Of a stretch of 64,000 nucleotides of DNA, positions 37,821-50,869 are shown one piece after another (position 1 is the stretch's first letter; the number at the start of each line of letters is the position of its first letter). The notes beneath the pieces were generated by a model. The model searched no databases. It was not told where the DNA came from and worked only from the letters and a program-made list of their open reading frames with translations. This DNA comes from Raillietiella orientalis (lineage: Eukaryota), in NCBI GenBank assembly GCA_036172245.1, contig JAYWIR010000030.1:1612001-1676000 (forward strand), given 5' to 3'. The translations under genes and the position numbers were made by a program.

Positions 37821-40099
37821 AGTTTAATGTGACGTCTATAAGCCAAGAAGCACTCTAATATGTAAATGAAACCATACTTCATCAGTATCTTTTTATATAA
37901 TATGATTATCACAAAACTCTGATGAAATAAGGAGGCAAAGATTTAAAAAAAAAAAAAAAAGAAAAGAAAAGATTGCCAATGCTAGAGAAACAATGTACAG
38001 AAATTTTCGTACGAATTCGCGAAATGCTGCTGCAGAAGCTTCAATTAAGTAAAAATCTTTTCGAAGGAGCTTTCGAAGAATGCTTTTACCTTAACTTCAG
38101 TTATGTAGATGCGAAAATTCCTCAATCATCCCCATTCTAATATTCAGAAAATTACTTACGCCACCATTACGGAATGAAACATTGAATATTTCTCTTCACG
38201 GAAGTTTCACTGGAGATTTTAGAAGGTGCTTCTCCAGAAAAGAGAAACGCCAACTCTACAGCAGAGTTTCTTGCGCCTCTGTGCAATCGGTGGCAGTAAA
38301 GCAATTCAGTTCAGTCTTCAACTCGTTTGCTCGCCTTTCGCGCGCCTTCACATCAGAAATCGTTGCCCCGCCAACTTAGGCGTGAGGCTGGACAGCATCC
38401 CAAATTCCATAACCTTCAATAAGGAAACGAAAGAGGAGTTTGTAAGCGAGTTCTAGAGGAAAACTTCACGGAGCGTGATGCATGAGTGGGATTCTGGAAG
38501 GCATTATCCTTTGGAATGTTCTCCGCAGGCATCAGACCGCTGCTGTAACACCCACACCTCTTCAGAGCAAAGGAGCTTAGAGTCTATACAGTACATGAGC
38601 ATATCAAATGGCTCGAACGGATGGAAGCAGCTATTGCTCAAGATGCAGGAAAGGAAAAATAAATTACAAGCGCTCAGATATGAGAGCATATACTTTCTCT
38701 TCGGAATGCATCTCGCTTTATCAAGCACTAGAGATAATCATTCCCTGGAGATAAGGAACCTCTCGAAGGAACAGACGTACCACTTGGGCATCAATTCGTG
38801 ATAGCAAAACGATTCATCGTAGCACTGTCGGACTCTGAAGACAGTCTCTTCGGGATCGGCTACCAAAAGATTTCATTATCACAGCCTTGATTGTCCAAAC
38901 GCAATTCTTGTGATTTATGAATTCAAGAGTTGTGTGTGGACATCACTGCTTGGAATTTCTGAACTCCACCCGGCCAAAGACCAACCCAGAATCTTCCGAT
39001 GCAAGACAGTGGATGCTGGTGCCGTGCTATTCATCTTAATCAAGACGGCTCCCAAGTGGACCTGAAGAATCAGATAACACAAGCAAACAGCTAAGCAGAA
39101 ACTTTGGTTTTAGACGCCAGTGTTTAACTTGGGGGCCCTTGTAATCATCCACTTTGCTTCATCTTCGTTCAGGAGTCAGAGACCTCGGTAAACACTGATT
39201 ACCCTCCATTGACTGGAGCAAGTGAAAAGACTCCTGAATACATCGATCACAAGGCTTATCGGATGACACAGAGCAGTGATGGAATAGATGAATCTATGAA
39301 GAATCGTATGAGGTATGATAATTCAATAGAAATTATCATGTCAGTCAGGCGTACTGCACCTTCGGTGTGCCGGAAATGCACTTATTCCCTTGTCGAGGAA
39401 AGATTGCCAATCTTTGACTCCCAACGGCCCAATGAAAGCATTGATGTTACCACGCCGATGAAAGATCCGGAAGAAATCCAGTCATGAATCTGGGCATGTG
39501 CCCGAGCCGTCCAGCAAGATCATGTTTAGAAGAATAATTCGATTATGCCTTGGGTTTCGTGAGGGGACAAACTACCCAATCAAGGCGTTTCACACGACTC
39601 CTCTCTAATTAGCAAGAATCGCATTTCTTTCATGCCTAGATTTCGTACCAAGCTCGCTTCACGTTCTCAACCCCTATGCCTACTTACAGACGAGCGCTTG
39701 TTCGCAAGAGGGATAGCGGAACCTCCACTGATAACGGCTCGCTGTAACGTGTCTTGACTCGTCGCCAATAGCAACCGCTATTTTTCTTCCTTCTCCGTTT
39801 ACATGAAAGCGTGCAAGCAGAAGATGGTTTCTCAAACTAATTTTTCTTGCTCCTCCCTAAAACCAGCTATCATAACAGAGTGTCTCCGGACAACTACAAG
39901 CGGTGGAGTGAATTTATTGTACTACTTTTTGCAATTACGGAAATTATTAATCACACTGAAAACGGCACTTTGTTCATTGTTCTACACAGGTACCTTCAAT
40001 ATCGTGATTGGGGTCATGTGTTTCTGGATGAAATCACTAGGAGATGCTGGGCATTTCCTCACTTGGGCAACATCCGCAAATCCTCTTCGAGATGTAGCA

Positions 40100-40874
40100 G
40101 TATGTCCAGGCTGGTGCTCTGCTACAGTTCCTGATCCCGATTTCTCTCTGGATTACACCTCGTAGTATTTCAGTCGCAAGCACTAATCCGGAGGTCCACA
40201 TTTTTGCTTTTCTGATCACGATGCTTGTGATGAAGAGGGAGATGGTGGTGCGGACCATGGGACTGTACCTGTAACGTTCCCGTTCGCTTCGAGCATCCCT
40301 GCAGTATCTTCATCTTCGTCGATCTCTGCAGGTTTATCACCGTTTTCAGCGTTCTCCAGTCTTGGCGTGATGTCCGACAGGTGGGAACGTGAAGCTGTGG
40401 TTCCTCATCTCCACAAGCCTTGCAGAGTTCATCCTGGGAGTTGCCTGTCCAGTGTGTTTCTCTGGATCCACTCAGGATGTCTCCATGGTAGAACATAAGA
40501 TCATCCTGAATGTCCGGTGGTAGGTCGCTTCTCCAGATTGTTTGCCCAATTCCTAGCAGATTCACTTTGTGGACCTTGAAGCGGTTGGCAGCTTCTTTGA
40601 AAGTGACATCTTTTTGGGGAGGCATCACTCTGTGGATGTTGCTTCTGATGATGAGGCACCATGCATCCGTTTCCAGTTTCTTGCAAAATTCCCTATTTTT
40701 GTGGGAGAATTTTCCTTGCTGCATAGCAACAGTAGCATTTTGTGACAGTAGCCATTCGTAGTGAATTGATCGCAGTCGCGGATGGTCATTCCTGACCTCA
40801 GTAATATCCACTTCCAGGTCTCCTGAAGGACCGGTATGAAATACGGGATAGCCGTCTCCAGTTCTTCCTGACAA
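40100..40874 (-). mobile_element. L1/Tx1-like non-LTR ORF2 C-terminal remnant (zf-RVT-like region), family distinct from the 41-58 kb copies
   Basis: ORF 40170-40874 contains IWRSDLPPDIQDDLMFYHGDIL...HW...CKACGDEEPQLHVPTC...RQDWRTL, the typical W-x-S-x-LP...CxxC...H...C pattern. Confidence 0.65.
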
Positions 40875-40984
40875 AGACCATCACAACAGAGTACGGGAGC
40901 TCTTTTCTCACGTCTCATAGAAATGTCAGCAGAGAACTTCAAAAGCGTTGAAGAGAATGAACGAGCGTTACGTATGTTCCACGG

Positions 40985-41157
40985 CCACGGTCGCATAGAA
41001 AACGGCAACTGTAACGCCAACGCGTTGTACCAAAGCGTTTCGGGCTCGAATCCCACCCTGGAAAGGACCGATCCCTAGAAATGGGTGCATCGTGGGTTTA
41101 GAGTTTCCCCCTCAAGATGACGCAGGAGCTGGTCTGCAGGCCTCGGATGCCGCATTG
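40985..41157 (+). mobile_element. SINE1 copy D, 5' part
   Basis: gtaccaaagcgtttcgggctcgaatccc (B-box 41042-41054), followed by agaaatgggtgcatcgtgggtttagagtttccccctcaagatgacgc as in the other copies. Confidence 0.8.
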
Positions 41158-42244
41158 GTTGACATCCGGTTACGCTGGGCATTTATTTACAAAATAAACA
41201 TACACGTCTGTGGCAGGACTTCTGATCCTTCCGCGTTACGTATGAATACGAAAAGGACCGTACCGGGAACTGGAAGACAGACCAGCGGGGTCCGCCTTGG
41301 CAGCACAGGGGATGGGGAGACAAACAAAAAGAAAAGAAAAAATAAAACAGAAAACATACAGTCAAAAAATGAGGAAGGTGGGAGGTCCGGAAAGGGATCA
41401 CTGTCTGCTGGAGGGTCTCCTCTGCACCCTTGTAAGGATGTGCGCAAGTTCCTGTTTCAAGACTCGCAGATGGGGACATCTTGACGTCATCCTCATGAAG
41501 AGCACAGCAAAATAGATGACGTTCCTATCTCTCTGGCCTCCTTGGACTTTGCTCCATGCAGCCACGGTCCTGCAGAGTAGACAGCAAAGTGCTACTGGGG
41601 ATGCGGTCGGCGTGAGAGCATCGCGCAGGAAGAGGCTCTTCGAAACGCCTCTGGCGTTGCCGCCGGAGGTTCCTTGGGTCACAAAAAAGCGTTCTCAAAG
41701 GGGATGAAGGACAGCGCAGTCCACTAAGAAGTGCGGGAGGGATTCCTGCTCCCTGCACCTGGCACAGTTCGGGTCTACCTCTCCCCCCCATATTCAGTGA
41801 TACCGGCGGGCATTGCACGGGAGACCCCAGTGCGGCAACACTATCTCCGACTCCTGCCACTTTAAAAGGATGGTGTTTATGAGCACCAGGGACCTCTGCA
41901 GATCTTCCCCTAGAATACCCAGTAGCACGCCCCAGCGCAAAAGTCCACGAGGTCGAACAGCCGGAGTCGCAGCGTAGTTGAGCTGGCCCGTCGTCCACTC
42001 GCCCAGTCCTTTTCTCCTTCCGGAGATATCCACAGTAGCCTCCCATCTGGCTGTGAGACTGCTGTCCATGTGCTCCTTGAGGGGGGACAGGGCGGCAACG
42101 AGGGTTGTTCTGCTTGCCCACTCACTCTTCATGGGATCTTCCAGGATCTCCCAGAGCATGTAGTTGTGATTGCGCGCGTACAGGAAACGTCGCACCTCCT
42201 GGATCCTCGTCCACGTGCGAACGGTTCCCTGTAACCAGGCACTA
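41157..42244 (-). mobile_element. 5'-truncated Tx1-like LINE (ORF2 C-terminus and 3' UTR) inserted antisense in SINE1 copy D
   Basis: KWQESEIVLPHWGLPCNARR and SKSLFLRDALTPTASPVALCC align with ORF 51622-52347. The 3' UTR begins cagtgatccct and ends aataaatgccc, like the 51345 copy. Confidence 0.8.
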
Positions 42245-42480
42245 CCGTTCGCGGAGTGGCGCACTGTTGGAAGCCGGAAAGCAGATGTCCCCGTTGACTG
42301 ACCGGAAGCTGACCCTCCAGGGTGCTTCCAGGAATCAAGGAACCGGTACCCTTCGGGGCTCCCTCTCAAGAGTAAGAAGAACGAAATTCTTCCTCCGGTG
42401 CCTTTCTAAATTCATAGGGTGGCCTCCTAACTTGGAGAGCTACACGCACCCTCTGGTGTCGTGGAACCGTGTTGTCAACT
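42245..42480 (+). mobile_element. SINE1 copy D, 3' part with internal deletion
   Basis: gcactgttggaagccggaaa, then core cttccaggaatca (42325-42337). It jumps from cccttcgggg directly to the tail caagagtaagaagaac...taacttg...acgcaccctctggtgtcgtgg. Confidence 0.82.
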
Positions 42481-42699
42481 GGAGGCACAAACCAACCAAG
42501 AAGACAGGGCAAACTCGAACTCCTGAGCCCTCAGGAACGAACTCGCAGAATAAGGCAGAGCTCGTAGAATGCGGAAGGAATAAGGCAGACGCACATTGCT
42601 GCCTCGTCTCTGAATTTGCACCTGTGAAAGATGCAGCAAGAGAGCCGAAAGTAGCAGCTTACACTTCTCGAACGGAGATGTTTTTCCCCACCTGACTCA

Positions 42700-43000
42700 C
42701 CCGACGCGAGCATGGTTAGGGAGGGGGGAGGGGGGAGGGCTTTCCCTTGCTTCTTCGTCCAGGTCTTCTGGTGATCACCCATCTTTTATTCAGATTTTAT
42801 TGCCCATGGTCGGGTCGATATAGGAGACGGGGATCCAAACAAATGAGTGTAGGTAGCTCGGCTTCGCTGGTCTCTCTTCAACCCGTCCTCATGGAGAAGT
42901 AGCTCTTGAGAATGCTCTCAGCACAAACAGTGGCACATTCGATGCTTCTCCTGGGGATGATGGATGTTCGACCATACAGTTTCCGATGCGCTGCCGTTGT
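42700..43000 (-). mobile_element. Tx1-like ORF2 post-RT (thumb) remnant
   Basis: Minus-strand translation ...VPLFVLRAF...YLHSFVWIP resembles the L1/Tx1 F-I-W thumb motif. Decayed. Confidence 0.35.
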
Positions 43001-43859
43001 CTCTTCGGACTCTTAGAGTCTCTTAGTGATTTGTTCCTACGCGAGCCTGCAACAAACGCTCTGCAGGCTAAATGGAGGGCTCAGAGCTCATCAGCCGTCA
43101 TTAAAATGTTTTATGATGCCACAATTTCCTAAAGAATCGCATGTGCATGCATATTTCGAGCCTTTGCGAGCACTTCTGATGGCATCACGATGTGTATCCT
43201 GTGTAAGACCCCACGGCACGACCATAGGTTGGAGCTCATTCGACTCTGTGGCTGTACCACATAGTCTTCCCTGGAGGACATCATTCTCCTTTACCCCATG
43301 CGCCCTCGCCAATTTTTCAATGATTTTTCGAGCGATTCTGGAATTCTTTTGCTAGAATTTGGAGCGGCTATTCTGCTAACGGATGTGCTGAGTAACTGTC
43401 AGCGTATTGATGACTTTCTATTGCTCTTGGGTTTCCTCTTCCGCACACAAGGAAAACTCATACGGAAACAAATTAAAGAAAATGCGACACATGAACAAAA
43501 ATGCTAAGCGGCTTCCACCTCAGTTATATGACTGATGGTCACCGAACAGGAGTCATCCAAGGCTTCAGCACAAGAGGAAGAACGCTGCAAAACGTCACAG
43601 AAAGCTTTTAGAGGGTCCTGGATATTCTTTTCTTTAGAAAAAAAAAAAAAAGGATCCAGAATTACATGAAGAAATGCAAAACAGAAAATTTTCACAGCTT
43701 CCACCGTTTACTGATCTGCTCAGGTTCGTCACCGTTTCAAACACGGTAACCCATGGGCGTTTATTCAGATTAAACAAAACATGCATTAATGTGCCTTGGA
43801 GACGCAGTCCAGGGAGAGCGGACACGCAGATTGATAGCTAAGACGAAAATGCGCTCACA

Positions 43860-44350
43860 AAGGGGAGTTCAGGGGAAAAATGTAGGGGAATAAAAATGAA
43901 AAAATGAATAAATATGTGCACGATTTGGAGAAACCGGACTCAAGTGAGCGCTGTCTTCGGGAAAACGGATAAAGGAGGTTGTCGAGGAAAGGGAAGGTCC
44001 TTGATTTTCTGTCTGAGTCTTTCTTATGACCTTCCCTCAATCTAAGAGTAGTCTTCCTTGATTACAGGGCCTCAGTGAGGCCATCTTGCGACCTTCCAGT
44101 GCGTTGACCGCGATGCCCCACCGCGTGACGATTGATGACTGCTACGCGGATGCAATACAGTATTTCCAGCTGCCTGGTGGCTAAGGATGCTTGCGGCATA
44201 ATGAGCCACCGCAGAAACTGGCGAAAAGAGTCCTCCGGATTCAAGAAGGCAGCTGCAACTCGTTACGTCCCTGTGGCACATAATCCTTGTTGTCAGGGGT
44301 CTGGACCACAGAGTGGAGATGGTTCCTTGCTGGGGAGAGGATTTTTCCTG
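43860..44350 (-). mobile_element. Tx1-like LINE 3' remnant
   Basis: PEDSFRQFLRWLIMPQASLATRQLEILYCIRVAVINRHAVGHRGQ aligns with PKNIFRCLFMRDALSLTAFPAVLCCVRGIVARWTAKRRGQ, followed by a pyrimidine-rich UTR. Confidence 0.6.
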
Positions 44351-45939
44351 AGCTAGGACACCAGCTTGCAACTCTTCTCTCGGTACAGAAGTTATTTCGT
44401 CATTGTCCCAAGTCTTTTTGCTAGAGTATCAGCGATGAGCAGGACTATAAGGTTACCTTTCTTCTGAGGACTCGACTATGTAGGTCTGCACCCCATAGGG
44501 TGTTCTGGCTGAGGTGTTCAGCAGATGTCCTGGATCTATCTGATTATGTTAGATGACACTGGTGAGCAGAATACCTACGCCTCCGTCGTCAGCGGAAACA
44601 CTGAACACCGTTTTTCTTCCTTCGGTGTTTGCTCAGGCGCGTTTTTCGAAGTAGGTGAACGAGAATTCTCCCGCTGAGCCTTATCGTTTTCTTCGCAACA
44701 TTACGTCTTTCCGGGTTCATCTTCTCCTGGGAGAAAGGGATGGTTGCGCATTCACTTTTAAAAAAGAATGAATTTTTAGAAGACTCACTAGGGATGCATG
44801 AGTTCCGCTTTAGCCCCCATTTGCCAACATCTTCCGTGAAAATGCCGTGGAATGCGGCTGGAATGATCAATGCTGAGCTCGTGTGCCCATATCTCAACAG
44901 TCACTTTGTTGATAGTTGGAGGACTTCTAGGTTTTCTGAGAATGTGGGATAGAATGGGAGACCCACGCTGGCAAACCTTATACTTGCCTCTATTCATCTA
45001 CCAAACCACTTGTCCAATAGGCTGCAAGTCTTCTCGACACTTACTTTAAACATGAAAAAGAGGTGCGCAGACTCAATTGAAGGGTTCTTCGAACAGGGAT
45101 GTCCTTTCAAAACCTTCCTAGCTGTAAGAGGACTGTGCATTCTGATTGATTGCAAATCAAATGACTTCAAATTCGGATGGATTTTTTCAAAGCTGGAACC
45201 ATGCGCACACCTGTCTGCGTCGTAGAATAGGGGCTTCATGTAATTGGGTGAAACTTTTGAATTTTGACTGTACAGTGAAGAGAGTGGGAAACGACTTCAG
45301 ACAGAGGTAGTCACTGCTCTTCGCATGATTTGTCTGTATGGATGTTTGCTCTTTTCCTGTATTGCCATAATCCGCTCCACCCATAATCCACGGACACTGG
45401 ATTGAACCATACTTATTCTCTCTTCGCCAGCAGACCTCCGTCTCAGAGAGATATACATCTCCAAGCCCAACTCGTTTCAAACCACTCGTTTCTCTTCAGA
45501 GGCGTGATTCAATGCGTCTTCTCTCATGACAATATCTGTGCAACGAATATTTTCCAGTTCTTCCCTTTCCTTCGTTGCACAGGTTCATCAGAATATCTTA
45601 AGCGCAACCCTGCCTTCCTCCATTTCTTCCCGCTCTGGTACACATCGTCTGCGGCATCAGCAATCACTCTCTCGTACATTTTCCATTAAATAGCGACACT
45701 GTTAACAAATTCTCTTCGGTTCGCATCGTTATGCAGTAATTGTCAATTACGAGTTTTTGATCAAGTTTTTGAGATCCATCAGGATTCTCAGGAAGGCACA
45801 TGAAATTACTCGACTTTGGAGAGAACACTTGAAGCTGTGTAGCCTTATCTAAGAACGGGAAGACTAGACAGCAAGAACCTTAACCAGAACGGCGTTTACA
45901 TGGCAACTTGAATGGACTCCAGCTTTTTCGTCATCTGCT

Positions 45940-46570
45940 ATCCTACGAACGCTTGGACGTTGCACGGCAGCACGGCAAAATCCTCTTGTGGTTGCACCAC
46001 AGTGGAGTCAGGAAGCAATGCACCACATGTCTTTTTCTTATCATCGTGACTTTCTGTGGGATAAGGCCACTTTCTGACTTTCTGAAAGTTACGAACGTAA
46101 AGGATTTCCTCCTTGTGAGCGCATCCACGGCACTGTCGCATTTCTCCGTCCATAACTGCCCATCTTGAGCCCCTGCGAGATGACGCTTGTCTCCCTGATG
46201 TTCCCAAGCTTCGTGTATCCTCTCTGTTTCTTCGGTATTTCCCGGAAGTTTCTTCCAAGTCACCCAACTTAGCCATGAGCGTTGGCGAGCTAGCGATCCT
46301 TTTTTCCATCACTTGAAAGGTTGAGAAAGCGAATCCTTGCATCCGACTGTGCTCAGACTTCAGGATGCAAGGAGGTACGAAGCTTAAAACAGCTGCCCAC
46401 CATAAATCTATCCTCCTGTCCGGTAGCTTGATAAGATCCAGACATCTCTTCGAGTTTTCTCCGGATGGGCGCTCGTTGGCTGCTCGACTGGGTAGGTGAA
46501 GACGCTTTTTCACCAACCTCTTAATATGACTGTTCATTAAAATCCATTCAGACCAACTAAATACTTCCAA
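45940..46570 (-). mobile_element. NeSL/Utopia-like (RLE-type) non-LTR retrotransposon remnant
   Basis: IKRLVKKRLHLPSRAANE...SKRCLDL, VMEKRIASSPTL and SLGTSGRQASSR resemble post-RT motifs I recall from NeSL/Utopia elements. The frameshifted RHVVHC...NHKRI resembles the CCHC/RHN region. Confidence 0.6.
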
Positions 46571-46920
46571 CTTTTAGAAATGGACCAAACTGAAGTAGAA
46601 AAATACTTCATGATTGTCTGTCTCTTTCCAGACGGAAGATCCAGAATCAAGAAAAGCTTCTACCTTATTTCATTTCTCGTAGGGGTCGAATGAAATAGCC
46701 CAAGCCCAAATAGCTTTCCTCGCTATCTGTAGCTGGAATTTCGAAGGACGCACGCGAAGCAGCTCATCAAGACGATAACATCTTCAACCATTCAACGGAG
46801 CCGGAACAACAGCGGAAGGCTAGGACGTCCGCTAAACGATCGAGCACAGACCTGCATGGTCAAGAGCAGGGAGAAGACGGCAAAGAATGTACGCCAGCAG
46901 CGTCGAGAAACGTCAAGCCA

Positions 46921-47095
46921 GTACGCTTGGCATGTTGACGGACCTCCTAGTGCTGAGTCCAAGGGCCGCGGGCTCGAAATCTGGCTGTGAACTGCTGAAG
47001 AAAGCCCTCACTCCAACAAGTACTTGTCACAGACCAGTCCTTCGTTCACGCGGCAAAGCTGGGTACGTGGACGAAACGTGGTCGTGCACACCGAT
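46921..47095 (+). mobile_element. SINE2 copy 2
   Basis: ctcct...gagtccaagggccgcgggctcgaaatctggctgtgaactgctga...gccctcac...accagtccttcgttcac...aagctgg...gtggacg is collinear with 29038-28860 on the minus strand. Confidence 0.55.
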
Positions 47096-48694
47096 GCGGC
47101 AGGCATCTCCAAGGATTCATTTTATCCAACAGGACTCTGACAAAAGTGAAAATTTCTGGATTATGGACTTTGAGAAATCTCGCACCTGCTTCACTTCCTT
47201 TTATATAAGTCTCTTCCTCTCTTTTTTGGCTTTCTGCAAGCTATCAGCCATCATGTCGGCAAAGATGCCTTGTTTCTAGTCCAACCAGGGATCTTCGCGC
47301 CCATCAAAAGTCAAATGCATGGACAATGGGCAGCTATAGCTAGATGCAATTGAGATCGGGAATAAAAACGGGATTTAAATGAAAGCTGAAGAGCAGACGC
47401 AGAACTGGGAGAAAGTACAAGGCAGATCCTCTGATGAGATCCTTTGTGCAAATGGCCCTTTCAGAAGTGCAAAAGTCTGGCACCACCAGAATCAGCTTAG
47501 TTGCAAAATGCCGAAGGAACTTGGAAGATGCCGTGGTCCTGGAGTATACGGACATGAACGCGCTAAGAGAGAAAGCTGCATGTTGCGATTCTAAATGCCA
47601 AGCAGATGTAGAAAGCTTCAGGTTTTATAGCCGTTTTTTTTTCCTTTTTTCCTCTCTGATGTTGCACTGCCATGTGGATCATCTCAGAGTATCTTTGCAT
47701 AACTTTTAGTCGTCGTTGTCCGGCCGATACACATGAGGGACCTCAGGTGCTGTAGCAAAGTAGAAATCCAAAGGACGACTTTCGTGCAAAGAAACGATCC
47801 TCTGAGGCGGAACAATGTTAATGAGCCTTTTTACTGAGAGTATAAAGAATGGAATGCGGACCTAGAAGTATAGAAGCGCCGTGTCTTTTATTGGAACATA
47901 TTAATATTCAACCGTGTAGATCTTAGACGCATGCGAGCGTCCGACTATGCCTGGCTGCATACGCCTCCGCGTATCACCTATCCGAGCAGCGCCCACGTAG
48001 AGGATGTGGGTTTTCTGTCTGCGCAAAAGAAGCGGGGTGCAAAAATGCTTCACGGCATGCTCGCCTATTTTCGAGGAAGTCCCATGATCTGCTGACCGAA
48101 TTCGAGAGGCGACGCAGAAACGGAGCCTGGGCAAACGAACAATCTTGAAAACATGGGCTTTGAGATCTTCGATCGGACCTGACACTTCGGATGAAGCGCC
48201 AAACCATCACCCTCGCTGTCTGTGGTCCTCTTGAAAACCCGGCGAGAGAAGGGCTGGTAAAGGAAAGAAAGTTTTTTTGGTTCCCCTCAAAGGAATAAGA
48301 CAATCAGTCATGTGGCAAGCTCCCTGAATGGTGAGATGCTGATGGAACATCTGTGAGGACCGCTCATGTCTCCATTAAATAGCGACACATCGGAGCGAAC
48401 ATTCCGGCACGTGGCACATCCGAGGCGTCTACCGGACACACTGGGTTGTAATCTTAAGTGAGCAGTTTCTGCTGTAGTCAGGATTGCAGCACCCTCCGAT
48501 GGAACGGATGGGTGGACTTTAAAAATGGTGGAAGATGTCCCGAAGCATTTCTGTCAAACACCTCAGAGATCTGTAATGAGGAACACATTGTATGAACACA
48601 TCCAACCATCTAGTCAGCATCTCCGGTCTCGTTGCCTTAAGACGCGATGATTTAGTAGACCACACCAAAGCGGCAACCTAGAAAGATTGGACCT

Positions 48695-48773
48695 GTGTTA
48701 GAGGCCGTGTGGCTACTGTCTCTGCGTATGGTACCAAGCGTTACGGGTTCGAATGCCCAGAAAGGGCTGATGC
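48695..48773 (+). mobile_element. SINE1 copy E, detached tRNA-like head
   Basis: gtgttagaggccgtgtggct...ggtaccaagcgttacgggttcgaatgccc closely matches the copy F head. It ends in aaagggctgatgc, the putative left TSD. Confidence 0.8.
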
Positions 48774-48853
48774 TCTTCGCGACGCTCCGCAAATATCAAC
48801 GAGTCGTGCATTTCATTTCACATTTGTGTGGTGGTTGTGGATGTGGCGGTGTA

Positions 48854-49764
48854 ATGACAGAAATGCCAAACATTGCTGCTGACGAAGGTGATGCGGAGAC
48901 TTCACCACCAACCCCGATGGAGACGGAAGCTATCGCTCCCAAGGATGGAAGTCCTAGGAATACAAGGACGTGAAGCCGAGAGGTCTCGGCTGCCACACCC
49001 AGTACCCAGGCATAAATAAAGGCTTATGTGGTCCAGAGTTACCAGTCTGTCCTGCTCTACAAGATTGGCCGATTAGGGTCCGTTGAGTGTTCCTTCGCGG
49101 AGGGGTTGAGCAACGCAAATGTCGAGAAGGGAGACGTCGAAGGACTCACTGTGATGAGCGGGGAAGAAGTCGTTGAGCTGACCTGAAAACAAGCGGCCCT
49201 CGCTCAGCAACTGCTCAACAGCCTATAACCATCGAAGGCAAGAGGCTCTAACCTACAACGGCGGACTACCCGCACTTACTCAGCACTGACGCCCTACGAG
49301 GTTTACGCCTGAGGATGGAAGAGCGTGAAGTCCTCCATCCGCTCAAAGAATACGCGACGGTCCCAGCATACTGGGCCAAGCCAAACTCATTCCCCGCATA
49401 TGAAAGACTGCTTAGCGACCTGGCTGCAGTACGCGTGATCGTACACGAATGGAAGCAGCTTCCCTACCGGATGGAAATCAGGGGACTTTGCGTTGATCTC
49501 TGGTTTCCCAGGAAACCAAGATTATGCAGCCATTGCAATAAAACCGAGCACCTGAAGAAAAGGCCTCCGGAAATTATTTGCTATGACTGCGGATTGGAGG
49601 GCCTCATAGAGTTTGTGTACCTGAAAGGACTCATCCGCGACGTTCCGAGAGCAACACCGGAGAAGAGGCAGCGCGACAAAAAGAGCGGAATTGAAGGAAG
49701 GAAAGATGTGTACCGCAGCCAAACCAGACTTCATAGGAACAAAGGTTTAAAAGAGAGTAAATAA
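48854..49764 (+). pseudogene. Tx1-like LINE ORF1 (gag-like, ZCCHC3-like zinc knuckles), disrupted
   Basis: LPYRMEIRGLCVDLWFPRKPRLCSHCNKTEHLKKRPPEIICYDCGLEG has two decayed CCHC knuckles. The upstream frame from ATG 48854 has stops and frameshifts. Confidence 0.75.
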
Positions 49765-50869
49765 CAAATCAAGCGTGATGGTAAACGGCAGCATCAAAAA
49801 CAGAAAGGGAAAAAACCTCCTCAAACAGAAAAAAGTCGCGACAACGCTGAAGCGGTCGCTAAGCAACCTCAGGACCGCAAGGTGACGCTTCAGGAGATTA
49901 GCACGATCGAGGTTACGGTCAAAAATGTCGTGAATGCAGCCATGGAAAGCATGATCGACGAACCTATCGATAGCAACGAAGGCCGTTGCATCTTTTCGAG
50001 CCTTCGAAAGTAAAGGTCTCAAAAAAAAAAGGTCGTGAGGTGTCCCATGGAAGGCGACTTCAGCATGGCTCTTGACTACCACCTGCATAAACCACGCACC
50101 AACGGAGACGCGGAAGCAACGGAAACCGCCTCAGAGAGGACCAAGGTCTCGAGGAAAAATGCGTCCCTACAGGGAAAGGATGCATCAGCTCGGGAAGCCG
50201 AAAGGATGCAGGTTGGTTCCCTGGAGTCTTGAAAAAGGATCCTTCACTCCGGAAGAAGGAAAAAGGTGAAGAAAGAGTAGCAGAAGAGAGAGGTCATCCC
50301 TCTACCTCCTCCATCACTAATGAACAAGAGCATACCGGCATCTCATAATGAGCGCCGCGAGAAATCGTCTAGGGCAGGTGAGTCCTCTAAGATTAAATCG
50401 CAAGACAGGAAGACTCGCATGATATTGCTCGATCAAACGGATCGCAGGCGATCTCTTCGGGGATGAAAGAGCAACCTGCTTGCATGAAGGAGTCCGCGAA
50501 ACCACTTGAGTCTTCAACAGAAGCAGTTGCATGGCTGGTGCCTGCTAAGGGAAAGACCAAGCCTCCGACAGCCGTGGGGTTGTCGGCCGAATCTTCACGA
50601 GAGGAAGGAACGGTTGAGCCGTCGGCATCAACCTCGCAGAAGGAGAGGTCCTTCGCAGTGTCCTCCGGGAGCGAGACGGCTATAGTCAGCCTCTGCCACA
50701 GTCCTTGGAGGGCACCGCTGTCGAGTAAAAGTTGCAGGAACAATTCGATCGTACCGCACCCCAAGCAGGTCTGGAAGACAGTTCCCCCGTAAACGATGCC
50801 TAGGCTCTGATCTCACTCTCACTTCCTAGTGCACGCTGCCAACTTGTTGGCCAACGAACCTGGGATGAA

